A model generated the notes under the pieces. That model was given only the letters and a program-made list of their open reading frames with translations, was not told the origin of the DNA and searched no databases. Both the position numbers and the translations under genes were made by a program. From NCBI GenBank assembly GCA_900542335.1, contig UQNG01000002.1, forward strand, positions 946 to 64,945: DNA of 64,000 nucleotides. Direction: 5' to 3'. Origin of the DNA: an uncultured Collinsella sp. Its GTDB lineage: Bacteria; Actinomycetota; Coriobacteriia; Coriobacteriales; Coriobacteriaceae. Below, piece by piece: positions 62,657 to 64,000 of this stretch; positions within the stretch are counted from its first letter, which is position 1, and every line of letters begins with the position of its first letter.

Positions 62657-62978
62657 TGCTGGCGAGGGCAGCGTCAAGCCTGCGGGCGAGAACGGGCCGC
62701 TCGGTGCGCCGCGTGGCAAGCGTCCGCGTATCCGCGTGAGCTGCGTGGACCAGCTGGGTGCGTGCCGTTGTCACCATGGTCACAAGCCGGGAGACGTCTT
62801 CGACTTCGATCGAGACCGCGGCAAGATGTGCGCCATGGCCTGCCATGTGGGCTTTCCCTATATCGATATCCTGCGCTTTGGCGGAACCGTGCCTGGCAAC
62901 GAGCCCGGCACGGCAAAGTTCTGCTGCCCCGAGGTCGATACGCTGAACGTCTGGCTTGCCGAGATCGTCGACGAGTAA
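62649..62978 (+). CDS. small Cys-rich protein (TIGR04076-like)
   Basis: C.HGHKPGDVF, MCAMACH, LRFGG, CCPE; start overlaps the pdxK stop region. Confidence 0.7.
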   Translation: MSNAGEGSVKPAGENGPLGAPRGKRPRIRVSCVDQLGACRCHHGHKPGDVFDFDRDRGKMCAMACHVGFPYIDILRFGGTVPGNEPGTAKFCCPEVDTLNVWLAEIVDE

Positions 62979-62979
62979 C

Positions 62980-63105
62980 CGAGCGTGGATAATCTTCCAC
63001 CGAGATAATGAGCGTGGATTTTCTCCCGTTTGGGGGCGCCCTTGAACGCTCAAAGTGGGAGATTTTCCACGCTCATTTCTTCATGTAGGAGATTGTCCAC
63101 GCTCG
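62980..63105. repeat. nested palindrome of four ~18-bp units
   Basis: GAGCGTGGA(T)..TC at 62981 and 63010; inverted copies end at 63074 and 63104. Confidence 0.8.
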
Positions 63106-63141
63106 ATGTATGCCGATGGCGCGGTTCGTGCGCCCGCAAAC

Positions 63142-63588
63142 CTACAGCTGCTCGAGCATGGCGGTGCAGCCGTCGAGCACATCGCGGTAGGTGGCATCGA
63201 AATTGCCGGTGTACCAGGGGTCAGCCACGTCGCCGGGGCGCTCGGTCCAATCGAGCAAGCGCGAGATCTTGCCATCGGGGTCCTTGCCAAAGATACGGTA
63301 CAGGCCGCGGGCGTTCTCGTCGTCCATATAGACAATGTGGTCCCAGTCGCCATACTCTGCGCGACGCACCTGACGTGCGCGATGTGCGACGACGGGAATC
63401 CCGACCTCGCGTAGTTTGGCAACGGTACCGTGGTGCGGTGGGTTGCCGATCTCCTCGGTCGAGGTCGCAGCGGAATCAATGACAAACTCGCCCGCGCGCC
63501 CGGCGCGGTGCACGAGCTCGGTAAACACCGACTCGGCCATCGTCGAGCGGCAGATATTTCCATAGCAGATAAAAAGAATGCGTTGCAT
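63142..63588 (-). CDS. low molecular weight protein-tyrosine phosphatase
   Basis: FICYGNICRS, IDSAA, DPWY. Confidence 0.95.
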   Translation of the reverse strand: MQRILFICYGNICRSTMAESVFTELVHRAGRAGEFVIDSAATSTEEIGNPPHHGTVAKLREVGIPVVAHRARQVRRAEYGDWDHIVYMDDENARGLYRIFGKDPDGKISRLLDWTERPGDVADPWYTGNFDATYRDVLDGCTAMLEQL

Positions 63589-63621
63589 GAGCGGTTTCCT
63601 TTCTAGGCGGTCGCGCAGGAC

Positions 63622-64000
63622 TTACAGACTGCTCTTGAGGCAGTTTGCTCCAATAAAGCCCGCTGCGTACAAGGGAAGGTGCCGCAGTTCGCGCCCGTCA
63701 TCGGTTTCGCTGCGGAAAAAATTGTTCTCGGACAAAATGTAGGCATATGGCGACCGGGCTTTGTCCATAAACGCCCCGAGGGTTCTTGCGCGCACATTGC
63801 GTGTGGACTTTACCTCGACGGGCACAATTTCCATACGGTCGGTCTGAAGTAGAAAATCGAGCTCGCCATTCGTCCTCCAAGACGACGGCGGCACCCAATA
63901 ATACGTCTGCAAGCTATTGCCCGAAAATGCCTGCATGACCGAGTTTTCCGCTAGGGCGCCTCGGAAGTCGGAAGATAGCGCTATGGCGGAATCTTCTTTG
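63622..64000 (-). CDS. ATP-binding protein with DUF4143-like C-terminus (partial, 5' end beyond the window)
   Basis: FRGALAENSVMQ, YYW, GELDF, VPVEVKS, LPLY. Confidence 0.8.
   Translation of the reverse strand, partial: KEDSAIALSSDFRGALAENSVMQAFSGNSLQTYYWVPPSSWRTNGELDFLLQTDRMEIVPVEVKSTRNVRARTLGAFMDKARSPYAYILSENNFFRSETDDGRELRHLPLYAAGFIGANCLKSSL

Overview
High-GC chromosomal DNA, most consistent with a gut Coriobacteriia such as Collinsella (inferred from gene content and style; no database search was run). Most of the window is housekeeping or metabolic: three heterodimeric ABC exporter pairs (two with MarR regulators), cysE, ilvE, lemA, tRNA-Ser(UGA), a tadA-glycerate kinase fusion, SRP RNA, an LTA synthase-family gene, kup with kdpDE, rlmKL, transaldolase, tex, a LysR/SDR/MFS/Gfo-Idh-MocA cluster, a GGDEF protein, pdxK and an LMW-PTP. 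The standout is an accessory surface locus at about 21.3-35 kb. It encodes SipW, three TasA/CalY-like subunits with SipW-type signal peptides, and a 1821-aa adhesin whose C-terminus copies the subunits' N-terminal W/F-x8-N-x-(F/L/W) strand. It also encodes a TasA-like protein that lacks this strand but has a sortase anchor. Together these suggest a donor-strand-exchange pilus with a tip adhesin and a wall-anchored base. A second wall-anchored protein of about 1360 aa follows, bracketed by inverted composite repeats (covarying hairpin plus 62-bp palindromic array). Intergenic DNA carries several recurrent palindromic or MITE-like families. No CRISPR array, transposase or integrase was seen. Product calls come from motif recognition by eye, and start codons were adjusted using RBS position.
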